From: an archaeon
Lineage (GTDB): Archaea; B1Sed10-29; WALL01; WAMD01
Assembly: GCA_024275655.1 (NCBI GenBank)
Contig: JAJRYR010000040.1
Coordinates: 1 to 53,177, forward strand
Direction: 5' to 3'
DNA: 53,177 bases
Numbering within the stretch: position 1 is the stretch's first letter; every line of letters begins with the position of its first letter. The notes under the pieces were generated by a model that was not told the DNA's origin, searched no databases, and saw nothing but the letters and a program-made list of their open reading frames with translations. Position numbers and translations under genes: made by a program. Shown here piece by piece: positions 28,283-37,918 of the stretch.

Positions 28283-28555
28283 ATGGTAGAGATAACCTTC
28301 AGAATAGAAAACATTGTGGCTTCTGCAAACCTGAATGCTGATATAGACCTATATGCTCTAGCCAGGGAGTTAGACAATGTTGAGTATGAACCTGAGCAGT
28401 TTCCAGGTGCAATCTTAAAGCTAAAGGATCCAAAGACTAGTCTGCTAGTATTCAAGAACGGTAAGATGATATGTACTGGAGCAAAGAGCGAAAAAGAGGT
28501 TAGGAGAGCAATAGAGAATGCAGTAAAACTAATAAGGCCATACATAAGGGACTAG
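28283..28555 (+). CDS. Single-repeat (half) TATA-binding protein
   Basis: IENIVAS, YEPEQFPGA, LLVFKNGKMICTGAKS: exactly one TBP repeat in 90 aa, with own SD and TATA. Confidence 0.9.
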   Translation: MVEITFRIENIVASANLNADIDLYALARELDNVEYEPEQFPGAILKLKDPKTSLLVFKNGKMICTGAKSEKEVRRAIENAVKLIRPYIRD

Positions 28556-28570
28556 GATCAACCCCTAACC

Positions 28571-29011
28571 CTAAAAGTTTCCAAATATCCCAAAGGGCTG
28601 AACATCCTCCTCTTTCTTCTCTTCTTCCCTTTCCTTCTCCAGCTCCCCTGGTTTAAAGTGATATAGGACTATCTCGTTCACTGCCTTCTTCACTATGTCC
28701 TCTGGCTCCTCATCAGGGTATATAAGAACCTTAAATACATGCTTCTTCAGCCAGAACTCTGCCAGGCTTATCCCCAAGTTGAAATCCAATCCTAACTTCT
28801 CATCGTCTCCTAGCTGGTAGGGGATCACTGCAAAATCGCAGTTTTTATCCTCCAAAAGAATCCTAGCGGCCATCGGAGCAGAATCTATTGTGGGGATCCT
28901 GACCCGCTTTATCTCTAGAGTGGATATCTCCTTCTCAAACTCCTTCTCCACTAAATCGCATACGTCTTCCTGGCCAACCACTTGAATTATCCCAACCCTC
29001 ATCTCTCTCAC
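28571..29011 (-). CDS. Divergent archaeal riboflavin synthase (RibC)-like protein
   Basis: P.I...P.A...LLE..CD, LGI.LAE...KHVF.V.I..DE and FKP match archaeal RibC; coupled to ribK. Confidence 0.65.
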   Translation of the reverse strand: MREMRVGIIQVVGQEDVCDLVEKEFEKEISTLEIKRVRIPTIDSAPMAARILLEDKNCDFAVIPYQLGDDEKLGLDFNLGISLAEFWLKKHVFKVLIYPDEEPEDIVKKAVNEIVLYHFKPGELEKEREEEKKEEDVQPFGIFGNF

Positions 29012-29385
29012 TTTGCATCCATTATTTCTATGCTCACTTCATCGCCATCTCTCAGACCAAACCAGGTTCTCAACCGCCTGTCTGAAATGACCTCTATTAT
29101 ATTGTCTGGATTATTTCGTATCTCCGGAAGAACCACCCAAACCTTGGTATTAAGCATTATGGCTGGAAATAGAAACACTGCTCCAAAGTACTTTCCCCTT
29201 TCCTTCCAGCTAGGAATAAATAATCCCTTCTCAGGATAGTGAACCGGCCCATCCACTGCAATATTCAATGTTCCTGGGAAAGGTTTAATTCCAATCTTCT
29301 CCTCTATCTTATCAGAATACTTTGCTATCCAGTACGCTCCCTCTTTAGGACCCGAAACAACCCTTCCATGATAAACCCTAGTCAT
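29008..29385 (-). CDS. ribK: CTP-dependent riboflavin kinase
   Basis: GRVVSG..EGAY, PFPGTLN, IEVIS..RLR..FGL.DGDEV.I. Confidence 0.9.
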   Translation of the reverse strand: MTRVYHGRVVSGPKEGAYWIAKYSDKIEEKIGIKPFPGTLNIAVDGPVHYPEKGLFIPSWKERGKYFGAVFLFPAIMLNTKVWVVLPEIRNNPDNIIEVISDRRLRTWFGLRDGDEVSIEIMDAK

Positions 29386-29451
29386 GCTACCACCTAGTAA
29401 TTTTATGGGAAAGGGATTTAATAAGAGTTAATCATAAAATAAGGAAGTGTT

Positions 29452-29524
<73 letters not shown>

Positions 29525-29546
29525 CTTCGCAAAAGGAGGTAATCAA

Positions 29547-29822
29547 ATGGTTGGAAACTGGAAGATAAAACTGAGACCGATAATCTCAATTCTGCTATTG
29601 ATTGTTTTTCTGATAGTGGCCGTAACAGGAATAGGATTAGCACAAGCACCATCTGGCAAAATCGCTCATGCAACAGCTTGGACTTTCCTAGGAATGGACA
29701 AACCTACACTAGAAAGTGCGCACACTCTTTCAGGAATTGCAATGATCGTCCTAGTAGTAGTCCACCTAGCGATAAACCTGGACATGCTAGTCAATGAGCT
29801 AAAAGTGTTGACAAGAAAGTAA
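29547..29822 (+). CDS. DUF4405-like small membrane protein
   Basis: GGAGGT SD; VTGI.L, FLG, H..SG......VVHL..N bis-His pattern. Confidence 0.75.
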   Translation: MVGNWKIKLRPIISILLLIVFLIVAVTGIGLAQAPSGKIAHATAWTFLGMDKPTLESAHTLSGIAMIVLVVVHLAINLDMLVNELKVLTRK

Positions 29823-29874
29823 CCTTTTTAATCCCTTTGTCCCTAATTACTGTGGGTGTTCGAAATGAGCGCCG

Positions 29875-30753
29875 GTGGACGTCTTTGCATGGATCGAATC
29901 TAGCATAGGGAAAACCCCAGTTGTAACCCTAGAGAAATCTGGTTCTGGTTTGGTTGTTGCAAAACTTGAGAGAGCAAATTTAACTGGGAGCATAAAGGAC
30001 AGGCTAGTTCTGGAAGCTTTGAAGGAGGCAATAGACCTAGGTCATGACTCAGTAGTAGAAGCGACCACTGGGAACACAGGTATAAGCCTAGCAGCCATAG
30101 GATCTGCCCTGGGACTCCATATAACAATAGTTATGCCCAAGATAATGACCAAAGAAAGACAGAAACTTATTAAGCATTATGGGGCAGAGCTTGTTCTAGC
30201 CCAGGATATGCCACACGCCAGAAACCTGGCACTTGAAATCTCTGAAAAAACTGGTGCGTACTTCCTAGATCAGTTCAACAACCCAGCAAATCTCAGGGCT
30301 GGGAAAAAACTAGGGATGGAGATTCTAGACTGGTTGAGAAAATCTGGCTTGAAACCGGACAACCTAGTGATGAGTGTCGGCACTAGTGGATCGCTGGTTG
30401 GCAGTGCTATAGTGCTAAAAGGTGCGTTCCCTAGGATGAAAGTGTACGCTACCAACCCGATTGGGCAGATAGACGGAACAAATGACGGCGTGGAAACCCC
30501 GTTCCTAAATCTAGTAGAGCTAGACGGAAAGATAGAGGTAACCCGCAAAAATGCAATAGAAACTGCTAGAGCTCTAGCAAGAACTGGGCTTGGAGTAGGA
30601 ATTTCTAGTGGTGCCAATGTGTATGCCGCAAACCAGCTACCAGGGACAACCATAACTGTACTACCGGATTCTTCTGAGAGGTATTTCTCCACGGAGCTGT
30701 TTGAAGAAAACCTTTTTATGCCGAGAAGTGATACAACAATTCAGGAGGTGTAG
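29875..30753 (+). CDS. cysK: PLP-dependent cysteine synthase family protein
   Basis: IGKTP, KLE..N.TGSIKDR, EATTGNTG, DQFNNPAN, VGTSG, GISSGAN, PDS.ERY.ST. Confidence 0.88.
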   Translation: MDVFAWIESSIGKTPVVTLEKSGSGLVVAKLERANLTGSIKDRLVLEALKEAIDLGHDSVVEATTGNTGISLAAIGSALGLHITIVMPKIMTKERQKLIKHYGAELVLAQDMPHARNLALEISEKTGAYFLDQFNNPANLRAGKKLGMEILDWLRKSGLKPDNLVMSVGTSGSLVGSAIVLKGAFPRMKVYATNPIGQIDGTNDGVETPFLNLVELDGKIEVTRKNAIETARALARTGLGVGISSGANVYAANQLPGTTITVLPDSSERYFSTELFEENLFMPRSDTTIQEV

Positions 30754-30755
30754 AG

Positions 30756-32177
30756 ATGTTAAAGGTCTACAACACTTTAACGAGAAAATTGGAAGAGTTT
30801 CATCCAATCCACGAAAAAGAGAATAGGGTTTACATGTTTGTGTGTGGTCCTACTGTTTACGACTCACCACATGTCGGGCATGCCAGATCCTACGTGGCTT
30901 ACGATGTTATAGCTAAATATCTAAGATACAAAGGTTGGTCATTGTTCTACGTTCAGAACATCACTGACATTGACGACAAGATCATAAGGAGAGCCCAAGA
31001 AACTGGAAAAACCTGGAAAGAGATTGCGAGGGAATATGAGGAGGAGTATCACAGAGCAATGAAAAGGCTTTTCGTGGACTCCGTGAATCTCTATGCTAGA
31101 GCAACCGAGCACATCCCAGAGATAATTGACCAGATAAAGCGACTGATGGAAAAAGGATACGCCTATGAAACAGAGGATGGGGTGTACTTCGACATAACAA
31201 AGTTCCCAGAGTATGGAAAGCTCTCGGGCCAAAGGCTAGAGGACCTAATGGCTGGAGCAAGGGTTGAGGTTAACGAAAACAAGAGACACCCATATGACTT
31301 TGCGCTTTGGAAAAAGGCAAAACCAGGAGAACCAACTTGGGAAAGCCCCTGGGGACCAGGAAGACCTGGTTGGCACATAGAGGACACAGCAATAAGTGAA
31401 AGATACCTGGGCCAGCAGTACGACCTCCACGGCGGAGGGATGGATTTGATATTCCCTCATCATGAATGTGAGATTGCCCAAATGGAGGCCATAAGTGGTA
31501 AAAAACCTTTCGTGAGATACTGGCTGCACAATGGTTTCCTAGAGGTAAACGGAGAAAAAATGAGCAAGAGCTTGAAAAACTTCTGGACAATAGAGGACGT
31601 GCTGAAGAAAGTCAGACCAGAGGCTCTGAGATACTTCCTCCTGTCAACGCACTACCGCTCACCAATAAACTTCTCCGATGAAAACTTGGAGCAAGCCCAA
31701 AAAGCATGGGAAGGACTAGCAAAAACAGTGAGGAAACTAAAGAAACTAGCAAAGGACGGTAAGGAGGGCGAACCTAGAGAACAGGTAGTAGAAGCGCTTG
31801 AAGATATACGCAAGAGATGGGAGGATGCAATGGATGACGACTTCAACACTCCAAAAGCCCTGGCAGTTTTGCACGACTGGGCAACACTAGTCAACAGAGA
31901 GGTTGTAGAAAGTGGATTAAAGGAAGAAGCTGGGATGGCCCTAGAAATTCTAGAAAAATGGGACACAGTTTTAACACTGTTCAGGTCAATACTAGAGAGT
32001 GACGGAGGAGTCAGTGAAGAACTGGTCGAAGGCCTAATGAGGATAATAATCACAGTGAGGCAAAAGCTCAGGGAACAAAAGCTCTACGAAATAAGCGACT
32101 GGATAAGAGCAGAACTAGGGAATCTAGGGATACAGCTAAACGACAGGGGAAAGGAAACCACCTGGGAGATGACGTGA
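30756..32177 (+). CDS. cysS: Cysteine--tRNA ligase
   Basis: CGPTVYD..HVGHAR, DFALWK, GRPGWHIE, FPHHE, KMSKS. Confidence 0.97.
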   Translation: MLKVYNTLTRKLEEFHPIHEKENRVYMFVCGPTVYDSPHVGHARSYVAYDVIAKYLRYKGWSLFYVQNITDIDDKIIRRAQETGKTWKEIAREYEEEYHRAMKRLFVDSVNLYARATEHIPEIIDQIKRLMEKGYAYETEDGVYFDITKFPEYGKLSGQRLEDLMAGARVEVNENKRHPYDFALWKKAKPGEPTWESPWGPGRPGWHIEDTAISERYLGQQYDLHGGGMDLIFPHHECEIAQMEAISGKKPFVRYWLHNGFLEVNGEKMSKSLKNFWTIEDVLKKVRPEALRYFLLSTHYRSPINFSDENLEQAQKAWEGLAKTVRKLKKLAKDGKEGEPREQVVEALEDIRKRWEDAMDDDFNTPKALAVLHDWATLVNREVVESGLKEEAGMALEILEKWDTVLTLFRSILESDGGVSEELVEGLMRIIITVRQKLREQKLYEISDWIRAELGNLGIQLNDRGKETTWEMT

Positions 32178-32861
32178 TCATCTCCCAAATCTCCTTTCCC
32201 TAGAAAAGTAGTCCTCTACTGCCTTATCAAATTCGGTCTCATCAAACTCCGGCCATAGTTTTTTAGAGAAGTACCACTCAGAGTATGTGGCTTGCCAGGG
32301 GAGGAATCCGCTGGTCCTAATCGTCCCGCTGGTTCTTATTATTAGGTCAGGATACGTTTTTACATAAAGGAACTCCCTCAAGTTTTCCTCGTTGAATTCC
32401 CTGCCAGAACTTGCCAAGGCCTTGAATGCATCCAAAAGCTCTGCCCTACCACCATAAGCCAAAGCCACATTTATGGTGTAGCTTCCAGTATCAAATCGCT
32501 CCATAGTTCGTTTTATCAGCTCTTGAATATCCTTCGGGAGCAGATGCAATCTTCCAACGAAATTAACCTTCACATCATATCCTTCCAACTCGTTGGATTC
32601 CAGCGCGTCCTTCAAGTACTTTCTCAGATAGGAAAACAACAGGTTTAACTCAGAGGGATCCCTCCTCAAATTCTCTGTAGACAGTGCCCAAAACGTGACT
32701 TCCTTTATGCCAAGTCCTCGATATTTTTCTCCCCATTTCAAAAGAGCATCCTTCGCCCTTTCAAATCCCTTTTGATATGCCTCAGAGTAAGTAATCCCCA
32801 TTTTCCGTGCATATCTTCTATTACCATCTGGAATAAATGCAATTGACTGTAATTCTCTCAT
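32178..32861 (-). CDS. uppS: cis-prenyltransferase (undecaprenyl diphosphate synthase family)
   Basis: IPDGNRRYAR, LSTENL.R, YGGRAE, PDLIIRTSG..RTSGFLPWQ, RRFG. Confidence 0.95.
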   Translation of the reverse strand: MRELQSIAFIPDGNRRYARKMGITYSEAYQKGFERAKDALLKWGEKYRGLGIKEVTFWALSTENLRRDPSELNLLFSYLRKYLKDALESNELEGYDVKVNFVGRLHLLPKDIQELIKRTMERFDTGSYTINVALAYGGRAELLDAFKALASSGREFNEENLREFLYVKTYPDLIIRTSGTIRTSGFLPWQATYSEWYFSKKLWPEFDETEFDKAVEDYFSRERRFGR

Positions 32862-32936
32862 ATTCGGCCCTCTCTAAGCTCTTTAAACTTAAAACAATTG
32901 GGAATATTTATATAGATGGGCTTCTTTTTATTTTTG

Positions 32937-33527
32937 ATGGCAAAAAAAGGCGTTTCTCCAGTAGTGTCATATGTGCTCATACTGGCCTTACTAGTCACTA
33001 TAGCCGTTGGATCATATATATGGGCCACATACACGCAGGAACGCCTCCAAGACAGAATGGTGGTCTCCAACATGGAAAACCAGCTAGTGGGGTTGGCCAC
33101 GATAATAGAAAACGTGGCACATGGGGATGTAAACTACACTCTGACCCAAACAGTATACTACCCAAAAGGATTGCTTGAAGTCGAGTCAGATAAGGACTGG
33201 ATACGGTTCATTGTCCAAACTAACTCCGAGGTCTACCCTAAAACAGAATCCGTACCACAGACAGTGGACTACTGCACCAGCACATCAACAACCATACAGG
33301 ACAGCGAAACCACAGTAACAATGTCCAAGATCCCATTTACCAACCTATATCGGGGGGCAATTGGAAACGAGCTAGGTCAAAGAGTTGAAATGGTAATATG
33401 CTTCCCAGACATAGACCTTGTTTCCGGAGAAGGGTGCATTGGAAAATCTGGTCCTAGCAGCCGAGTAATCGTGAGAAAGATTGGGTATGCTGGAACAAAA
33501 CCAAGGGTGATGGTCCAGATATGTTAG
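32937..33527 (+). CDS. Type IV pilin-like protein (class III signal peptide)
   Basis: MAKKG|VSPVVSYVLILALLVTIA; TTTATATA promoter at 32907. Confidence 0.88.
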   Translation: MAKKGVSPVVSYVLILALLVTIAVGSYIWATYTQERLQDRMVVSNMENQLVGLATIIENVAHGDVNYTLTQTVYYPKGLLEVESDKDWIRFIVQTNSEVYPKTESVPQTVDYCTSTSTTIQDSETTVTMSKIPFTNLYRGAIGNELGQRVEMVICFPDIDLVSGEGCIGKSGPSSRVIVRKIGYAGTKPRVMVQIC

Positions 33528-33967
33528 GACAAGCAGAGGTTGGGTTCGTACTAAGAATTGCTCTGGGTTTCATAGTTTTAGTTAGCATGAGTTATCTAGC
33601 CTACACCTATATGGAAACAGCAGAAAAGGCAAAAATGACACAATTACTGGAAGGCCTGGCAGATTTCATCTCCAGAGAAATCGCCAGTGCAGTTATAGAA
33701 ACACCACAAAACACCACCATAATCAAAAGATACTACCTGCCAACGGTGGGGGATCCATTTGCTGGAAGCTACTTCGTGACTCTGGAAAAGTCCGGTTCGC
33801 GGGTGGTGCTGATGGCGCAATCGTATAGGTGGGCAGATGTAGGTGTTATAAAGCCTTTGTTCATTAATACATCATTGGTGGATGTTGGAGGAGTATCATC
33901 CCCCACCCTGCTATGCCTAAATGTGACCCACACTGGAAACAAATACTCTGTATACTTGGTGTGTTAA
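33521..33967 (+). CDS. Minor pilin-like protein
   Basis: MLG|QAEVGF followed by a hydrophobic helix. Confidence 0.75.
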   Translation: MLGQAEVGFVLRIALGFIVLVSMSYLAYTYMETAEKAKMTQLLEGLADFISREIASAVIETPQNTTIIKRYYLPTVGDPFAGSYFVTLEKSGSRVVLMAQSYRWADVGVIKPLFINTSLVDVGGVSSPTLLCLNVTHTGNKYSVYLVC

Positions 33968-33968
33968 G

Positions 33969-35840
33969 ATGGGTATCCCCTATCCTGTGATGAAGAAGGT
34001 GGCAAAGAAATTGGCAAAGATGAGGGAGAGTGAAGAATCAAAGGCCACCCTAGAGGAAATACTAGAAATGTCCGAGGACGAGCTGAAGGCCAGGTTAAAA
34101 CCACCACAGAGAACAGTGAAACCCATAAATCTCTCGGAGATAGAGCCAGAAAAACTGGAAAAGGCAGTTGTTACAGAGAAGGAAGAGGAAGGGATGGGTA
34201 AGATAAAGGTGGTAGATTTCACCAAGATGGGCGAAAGCCTAGTCACAGTCGCCAGAGTTTCAGAAGAAGCTGAAAAGGTAAAACACATACCATTCAAGGC
34301 ACACCAGATACCTAAACAGTATGTAAAGAAGATACCATCAAAATGGAGGCCTCCTAGGCTAGAGGAAGTTAATTTAAAGTATGAATTGATCCCACCTTTT
34401 GCGTATGCAAGGATCAGATGGGAAAAGGACGAGTCCGCACTCAGGTATTATGTGATTGAACCATATCTCACTGAAGATCAAAAAAAGATACTTGACAACT
34501 TGAAAGAGCTGTTGATAGATGCGCTGGACGTCAATGTGTTTGAGATAAAGAACCCTGAAAAGATACGGGGAATGTTGAAGAAGAAAGTAGATTCCATCAT
34601 AAATGAATACGGGATAAGTTTAACTAAAGAGGAGTACGACAAGATACTTTATTACATATTCAGGGACTTTCTAGGATTGGAAAATATAGAGCCGTTAATG
34701 CATGATCCGGCATTGGAAGACATTTCATGCGATGGCGTGAAAGTCCCCATATACGTTTACCACAGAAAGTACGCATCTTTAAAGACAAACATTGTGTTTG
34801 AAGATGAGGAATCCTTGAACAAGTTCGTTATTAGATTAGCCCAGAAATGCGGAAAACACATTTCCGTGGCAGAACCATTGCTGGATGCTGCACTACCAGA
34901 CGGGTCCAGAGTTCAGGCTACATTCTCCGCTCACAGGGATATCGCCATGAAGGGTTCAACGTTCACAATAAGAAAGTTCACAAAGGATCCACTAACCATA
35001 ATAGACCTGCTGAACTTCGGTACATTGCCTGCAATCATGGCAGCATATCTCTGGTTGGCAGTTGAGTATGGAAAATCCATTCTAGTAGCAGGAGGTACCG
35101 CAACTGGTAGAACCACCTTCCTAGGGGCACTAAGCATGTTCATACCTCCAGAAAAGAAGATAGTTTCAATAGAGGATACACCAGAAATTAGGTTACCACA
35201 CGAGCACTGGGTCCAGAAGGTTGTGAGAACAGGATTCGGTAGGGAGGACATAACTGGAAGGAAGATGGGAGAAGTAACCATGTATGACTTGCTGAGGGCA
35301 GCATTGAGAGAAAGACCAGATGAGATAATAGTGGGAGAGGTCAGAGGTACGGAGGCATACGTTCTATTCCAAGGTATGGCCACGGGCCACCCGGGTATGG
35401 CTACCATACACGCAGATTCAGTAGATGCCGTGCTTCACAGATTACAAACACCCCCAATAAACTTGCCAGTGGGTTTGCTCCAGCACCTAAATATCGTAAT
35501 AATCCTGACAAAGGCCAGGGTCAAGGGAGTTGAAGTTAGGAGAGTAAAAGAACTTGCAGAGGTTGTTGGATTAACGAAAGAATTCAGACCAATAGTCAAC
35601 GAATTAATGAAGTGGAACGCAGCTGACGACTCGTTTGAATTCGTGTCTGACAAGTCCTATGTTCTAGAAGATATAATAGAAGAAAAGGGAATTGATGAAG
35701 CAAGCATTTGGGCAGAAATACAGAGGAGAGCATCCATACTGGAATGGATGCAAAAGAACAACATAAGGCACTACCTTGAAGTTGGCAAGATAATACGAAC
35801 ATATTATACAAACCCAGAGGAGGTGCTCAAGAACATATGA
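33969..35840 (+). CDS. Type IV pilus assembly ATPase (FlaI/TadA family); Walker A reads GRT
   Basis: EDISCDG, LPDGSRVQ, TIRKF, GGTATGRTT, SIEDTPE, LRERPDEIIVGEVRG, TGHPGMATIH. Confidence 0.95.
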   Translation: MGIPYPVMKKVAKKLAKMRESEESKATLEEILEMSEDELKARLKPPQRTVKPINLSEIEPEKLEKAVVTEKEEEGMGKIKVVDFTKMGESLVTVARVSEEAEKVKHIPFKAHQIPKQYVKKIPSKWRPPRLEEVNLKYELIPPFAYARIRWEKDESALRYYVIEPYLTEDQKKILDNLKELLIDALDVNVFEIKNPEKIRGMLKKKVDSIINEYGISLTKEEYDKILYYIFRDFLGLENIEPLMHDPALEDISCDGVKVPIYVYHRKYASLKTNIVFEDEESLNKFVIRLAQKCGKHISVAEPLLDAALPDGSRVQATFSAHRDIAMKGSTFTIRKFTKDPLTIIDLLNFGTLPAIMAAYLWLAVEYGKSILVAGGTATGRTTFLGALSMFIPPEKKIVSIEDTPEIRLPHEHWVQKVVRTGFGREDITGRKMGEVTMYDLLRAALRERPDEIIVGEVRGTEAYVLFQGMATGHPGMATIHADSVDAVLHRLQTPPINLPVGLLQHLNIVIILTKARVKGVEVRRVKELAEVVGLTKEFRPIVNELMKWNAADDSFEFVSDKSYVLEDIIEEKGIDEASIWAEIQRRASILEWMQKNNIRHYLEVGKIIRTYYTNPEEVLKNI

Positions 35841-36715
35841 ACGTAATCCGTAGGTACACGCTGTTGGCCTATTCCCTGCTGAAAAAGCATGTCAGGAGAG
35901 TTCTCCCTCATTTTAAACATTTAAAGCCAGTGTTAGAGTCGGCGTATTTTACCATACCAATTGAGGAGTATCTGGCAGCCATGATTCTAACCGCAGCACT
36001 GGCCTTTCCTGGCGCATTTCTCCTAGGAGTCGTTATTGGCATTGCACTTGGTTACCAGTGGCTAGGTGTTCTCATAGTGAGCATACTCTTCGCCATATTG
36101 GTGGACGGGCTGATCATTGGTGTTTTCATGATGTATCCACAGTACAAGCTGAAATCCATAAGCAACAACATAGAAAAATTTCTACCTTACGCGGCTACCC
36201 ACATGGCAACTATAGCTGGAACAGGTGTTCCTCCCCAGGTCATATTCCAGATGATTGGGGGGTTTAAGGACTACGGGATGGTATCCTACATTTGTGAAAG
36301 GATCGCTAGAAATGTGACTGTCTTCGGTTATGATATAGTAACAGCAATATCAGAAGAAGCAAAGAGGGTTCCCTCATATAAATTTAAGGACATACTGTGG
36401 AGCATTGCCTCTACAATAAGATCGGGTGGTGATTTAAGAGGGGTGTTGTTAGAAAAATCAAAAGCGCTGATGGAGGACCAAAGAAGAACAGAAGCCAAAT
36501 ACATAGAATTCCTGTCCATGATGGCAGAAGTGTATGCTACTGTATTTGTTGCCGGGACAATTATAATATTTGTAATGGTAAGTATAATCGGTGTCATAGG
36601 TGGTCTTCCAATTCCAGTTAAGAGCATACTTCAACTGTTCACTTATCTAATGATACCACTCGCATCCATAGCGTTCATTGTTATGATAGACTCAACAAAA
36701 CCAACGGGTGTGTAA
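35837..36715 (+). CDS. Pilus membrane platform protein (T2SSF/TadC/FlaJ-like)
   Basis: TM pairs, LPYA..HMATIA.TG, RSGGDL; follows the ATPase. Confidence 0.9.
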   Translation: MNVIRRYTLLAYSLLKKHVRRVLPHFKHLKPVLESAYFTIPIEEYLAAMILTAALAFPGAFLLGVVIGIALGYQWLGVLIVSILFAILVDGLIIGVFMMYPQYKLKSISNNIEKFLPYAATHMATIAGTGVPPQVIFQMIGGFKDYGMVSYICERIARNVTVFGYDIVTAISEEAKRVPSYKFKDILWSIASTIRSGGDLRGVLLEKSKALMEDQRRTEAKYIEFLSMMAEVYATVFVAGTIIIFVMVSIIGVIGGLPIPVKSILQLFTYLMIPLASIAFIVMIDSTKPTGV

Positions 36716-37918
36716 ATGGTAAAAAGAGAAATGAATGCGTATCTAAAGGTGAAGGAGATATACAGGAAGATCCCACTATTTTGGAAAAACATAATTCTCA
36801 TACTGGCCGTTGGAATACTAATAGGGTTAATTGCCATATCAATTGTCGGTTTGTACATTGGAGTGACTGTTCTATTCTTTGCTATATCGGTGCCTTTCGC
36901 GGTATACACGTATCAAGAACGTAAGAGGATTGATGACATTGAAAAACACTTGTCAGATTTCCTGCGTGACCTGGCAGAATACAACGTGTCTGGATTGCCC
37001 CTAGCTCAAGCAATAATGCAAACTGCAAAGAGTGACTATGGGGCTTTAACACCTGAAATAAAGAAACTTGCTGCGGAAATCTCTTGGGGGGTGCCCTTTG
37101 AAGAGGCACTGGAAAGACTGCAGAATAGGATAAATAGTCCATTCGTGAGAAAAGCTGTGACAATTATAACCACTGCAGAGGCTCAAGGTGGAGAAGTAAA
37201 TGCAATACTCCAGACACTTGCAGAAGACCTCAGAAAATTGAAACAAATTGAGGAAGAAAGAAAGGGAAAACTGTCAGTGTACACTGCCACCATATATGTC
37301 ATATTCCTATTACTGCTGGCGATAATGGTGATGCTGACTGCCACACTGGCTCCAGCAATCCCAAAAATACAAGTGGCTGGTCAGTTCTTCGGTGGTATGG
37401 GGGGTGGCTTAACTGAAAAGGATTTCCGAACTCTCCTATTTCACGTCTCGCTAATTGAAGCATTCTTTGCTGGATTGATATCAGGGCAAATGGGTGAGGG
37501 CAGCGTAACTGCTGGATTAAAACACTCCATAGTGCTGGTGGCAATAACATTGTTTGCCTTCTCATTCGTATCTCCTGCCCCACCAGCACAAAAGATAGCA
37601 GAATCCATAATTGAAATTCCACCGGTGGAAGGGATACAGGGTACCTCACTCACTTACGAAAGCACTTTCAAGGAGAGCTTCACAGTCACAGATGTTGCCG
37701 ATAGAGTTAGAGAGCTGGCAAAGGAAAGAAACTTGCAAACGTATAAGACATTTACCCCGGACAAGGTAAAATTCGTAGTGACCACATGTAACGCATGTAA
37801 TGAAGGTAAGATAAACATTGATGAAACAACCGTAACTGTAAATGAACCCACAGACATGAAGTACAGAGTTTACTTCTCCGGTGGAAAGTATATTGTTGAG
37901 TTTAGTGATGCAACATGA
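36716..37918 (+). CDS. Pilus platform protein (T2SSF) with extra C-terminal domain
   Basis: DFLRDLAE..SGLPL..A, DYGALTPE, SWGVPF, GLISGQM.EG...AGLKH, then about 115 extra residues. Confidence 0.9.
   Translation: MVKREMNAYLKVKEIYRKIPLFWKNIILILAVGILIGLIAISIVGLYIGVTVLFFAISVPFAVYTYQERKRIDDIEKHLSDFLRDLAEYNVSGLPLAQAIMQTAKSDYGALTPEIKKLAAEISWGVPFEEALERLQNRINSPFVRKAVTIITTAEAQGGEVNAILQTLAEDLRKLKQIEEERKGKLSVYTATIYVIFLLLLAIMVMLTATLAPAIPKIQVAGQFFGGMGGGLTEKDFRTLLFHVSLIEAFFAGLISGQMGEGSVTAGLKHSIVLVAITLFAFSFVSPAPPAQKIAESIIEIPPVEGIQGTSLTYESTFKESFTVTDVADRVRELAKERNLQTYKTFTPDKVKFVVTTCNACNEGKINIDETTVTVNEPTDMKYRVYFSGGKYIVEFSDAT

Noticed and set aside
28563..28574. CCCTAACCCTAA telomere-like repeat
   Set aside because: Only two units and overlaps a stop codon; likely chance
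28556..28700. Frameshifted second TBP repeat
   Set aside because: The sequence is the 3' end of the convergent RibC-like gene; no TBP motifs seen in any frame
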